64,000 nucleotides of DNA from a virus (taxonomy: Duplodnaviria > Heunggongvirae > Uroviricota > Caudoviricetes), in IMG/VR virus record IMGVR_UViG_3300033068_001610, positions 1-64,000 of that record. One strand, written 5' to 3'. The notes below the pieces were generated by a model that worked only from the letters and a program-made list of their open reading frames with translations, had not been told where the DNA came from and searched no databases. The position numbers and the translations under genes are program-made. Positions within the stretch are counted from its first letter, which is position 1; each line of letters starts with the position of its first letter. Shown here piece by piece: positions 61,884-64,000 of this stretch.

Positions 61884-64000
61884 ATGGCTTGTAGAGATAA
61901 AGAAAAATTTGCAACATCAGAAGCATCAAGTAAAGCCTCCTTACGTACTAAGGGGGCTATTGATGAATTTCTTAATATATTAAACACAGGATTGTTTAGA
62001 AAACTAAACAAAGAATGGACTAATTATGCCAAAGAAAAATTTGGCATAAAAGAAAATCTTTTCTTTGAAGAAAATGATAAAGCTATTCCTAATACAAAAG
62101 TATTTACAGAGATAGATAAAATTAAAGGTATTCAATATAATACTGAAGAAGTCCCTGCATCAACTACATCTCCTGAACTTCTTAAGAAAGTGAAAGAAGT
62201 GGTTGCTAAAATGGGTGTAAAAATTGAAACTCTAGCAGATTATGTCAAAGGAAATCCTGATGTTGATACAAAGGGAGTTAATGGTCTGGCAGATCTTGTA
62301 AAAGGTATTATTGCAATAGCAGAAAATAAAGAAGGAGTTTCTTTAACAGAAGAAATGGTTCACATTGCTACAGCTATGTTGGAACAAACCAATCCAAAAT
62401 TGGTTACAGAAATGATTTCCAAGATTGGAAAGTTTAAAATATACAATGAAGTCTTAAGAGAGTACTCAAAAAACCCTGCATATCAAACTAAAGATGGAAA
62501 ACCTGACATTAGAAAGATAAAAAAAGAAGCTGTGGATAAACTTATTGTTGAAGTGATTATCAAGCAATCTGAGGGCTCTACAGAGTTTCCTGAATTATTG
62601 GAAGAAGCTAACAAAACTCTTGTTACTACTTGGTGGCAAAAGATTTTAAACTTCTTTAAACAATTATATGAAGATTCTTCTCTTGATATATTTGAAGAAG
62701 CTGCTTCTAAAATTATTTCTGGTGACATAGGTGCTAAATATTATGAACCAGGAGAAGGCATTCTTGATATTAATGATAGAATTGTTTTTGGACATCCTGG
62801 TATTGGTAAAACTTTCTTGAGAGAGAATAGGGATGACTTTATTGATGTTGACAATGATTATAAAGAACAGCACTCAAAACAAAAAGAATTACATGCTAAA
62901 TGGAAAGAATCAGGGTTGCAAGAAGATAAAGAAACTTGGGAAAACTATGTAGCTAATTGGTGGGCTGAAGTTAAACAAGATGCTGAAGAGAATGATAAGA
63001 AAATTTTTGTTTCCAATCTTCCAATACTAAGAATGTTTCCTGAAGATTTTGACAAAGTTATCACTATGTCTGAAGCTGATTTTAAGAATAGAAGTATTCA
63101 AAGAGGAGACTATAATGAAGGAGATACAGAAAATTGGAAAAAGAATTTAGATGCTGCAATATCTGGAGTAGATCAATCTATTGTAAGAACAACTGATAAA
63201 TATCTTTCTGATATTATTGAACCAGAGTTTAAAGGAGAAGGTATATTTTTTCAAATTAGTGATAAGCAAAAAGAAATTCAACAAAGAATTCTTAATACAC
63301 AACAAACTTTAGAAAAAAGAGAAGACAAAATTTCTCCAGTAGATCCAATGTTTTTGGATACAGAGGAAGCTTCCAATTATTATGTTGTAATAAATCCAGA
63401 TGGTTCAGAAACCAAAGTTTTAAAAAGGGTTACTGATAGGGTGAAAGCTTGGTATAAACAAAGATTTGGAGACAAAAAATTTACAGAAGCTGAAAAAGAA
63501 TTTAATGAATTAAAAAGACAAACAGGTACTGAATATCACCATTTGTTTGAGCTTGTTCATGGAAGATATTTTAATGATGATGGATCAAGAAAAAAATCTG
63601 TAGCTCCTAGACATAGAATGGCTAGTGTTACTGAGGGGGAAGTTTATGGAAAAATTGAAAAATATTATGTAGAATTAATAGAAAGTTTTTCTCAAGGAAA
63701 AAATAGTCCATTAGTATTTTCTGAGGTAAAAATGTATGATCCAAAAGCAAAAGAAGCAGGAACTATTGACCTTTTAATTGTTGAAGAAAATGGTAAAGCT
63801 CATATCTTTGACTGGAAATTTATGACTGTATCTGAACAAGCCAATGATATTCCTTGGTATAAACAAGGAGCTTATAACGTTCAGCTTGGTAGATATAAAG
63901 AAATGTTGAGAGACGTATATGGAGTTAAAGAATTTGGTATGATGAGAGCCATTCCTATTCTTATGGATTTTAAAACTTCACAAAAAAAATTACGTATAGC
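61884..64000 (+). CDS. P-loop NTPase + PD-(D/E)xK nuclease-like protein (5' part; runs off window end)
   Basis: ATG 61884 and frame open to nt 64000 (checked by hand). Walker A IVFGHPGIGKTFL. TIDLLIVEENGKAHIFDWKF...YKQGAYNVQLGRYKEML resembles a D..E.K + QhxxY nuclease motif. Confidence 0.5.
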   Translation, partial: MACRDKEKFATSEASSKASLRTKGAIDEFLNILNTGLFRKLNKEWTNYAKEKFGIKENLFFEENDKAIPNTKVFTEIDKIKGIQYNTEEVPASTTSPELLKKVKEVVAKMGVKIETLADYVKGNPDVDTKGVNGLADLVKGIIAIAENKEGVSLTEEMVHIATAMLEQTNPKLVTEMISKIGKFKIYNEVLREYSKNPAYQTKDGKPDIRKIKKEAVDKLIVEVIIKQSEGSTEFPELLEEANKTLVTTWWQKILNFFKQLYEDSSLDIFEEAASKIISGDIGAKYYEPGEGILDINDRIVFGHPGIGKTFLRENRDDFIDVDNDYKEQHSKQKELHAKWKESGLQEDKETWENYVANWWAEVKQDAEENDKKIFVSNLPILRMFPEDFDKVITMSEADFKNRSIQRGDYNEGDTENWKKNLDAAISGVDQSIVRTTDKYLSDIIEPEFKGEGIFFQISDKQKEIQQRILNTQQTLEKREDKISPVDPMFLDTEEASNYYVVINPDGSETKVLKRVTDRVKAWYKQRFGDKKFTEAEKEFNELKRQTGTEYHHLFELVHGRYFNDDGSRKKSVAPRHRMASVTEGEVYGKIEKYYVELIESFSQGKNSPLVFSEVKMYDPKAKEAGTIDLLIVEENGKAHIFDWKFMTVSEQANDIPWYKQGAYNVQLGRYKEMLRDVYGVKEFGMMRAIPILMDFKTSQKKLRI

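Noticed and set aside
1-64000. Diversity-generating retroelement, integrase/attachment site, CRISPR or anti-CRISPR loci
   Set aside because: No reverse-transcriptase, integrase or Cas-like motifs, and no repeat-spacer arrays, were found by eye in any frame. Absence cannot be proven without profile searches.

Overview
This is an AT-rich (~30% GC), densely coding bacteriophage segment. It looks like a crAss-like (Crassvirales-type) podophage of a Bacteroidetes/Flavobacteriia host. Host evidence: a Bacteroidetes-style SAQ signal peptide, no Shine-Dalgarno boxes, TAnnTTTG -7 promoter boxes, delta-60-like propeller repeats and poly-Thr linkers.

Two divergent transcription units meet at a repeat-rich control region (13.0-13.4 kb).

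Leftward unit (1-13015, minus strand): about 30 small early-type genes. They include an SPFH/band-7 membrane protein next to a classical AAA ATPase and a MoxR-like AAA ATPase, a three-member paralog family of small 'FDH/LSYNELL' proteins, an ABC-type ATPase split across two ORFs, several tiny membrane or secreted proteins, and a GC-rich island gene with its own terminator.

Rightward unit (13393-64000, plus strand): a DNA-binding/HU-like head, then TerL, portal, scaffold-like and capsid-like genes. These are followed by tRNA(CAU) and two free-standing homing endonucleases (HNH, GIY-YIG). Next comes a cassette of modular receptor-binding proteins built from shared N-terminal anchor domains, poly-Thr linkers and small Cys-containing C-terminal modules (tail-collar domain, delta-60-like beta-propeller). 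After a metallophosphoesterase come giant virion proteins of 1763, 974, 935 and 4487 aa. The last carries a DFDID motif reminiscent of the DxDGD site of two-barrel virion RNA polymerases. The window ends in a partial ORF with a P-loop plus a PD-(D/E)xK nuclease motif.

No integrase, CRISPR array or reverse transcriptase is visible.
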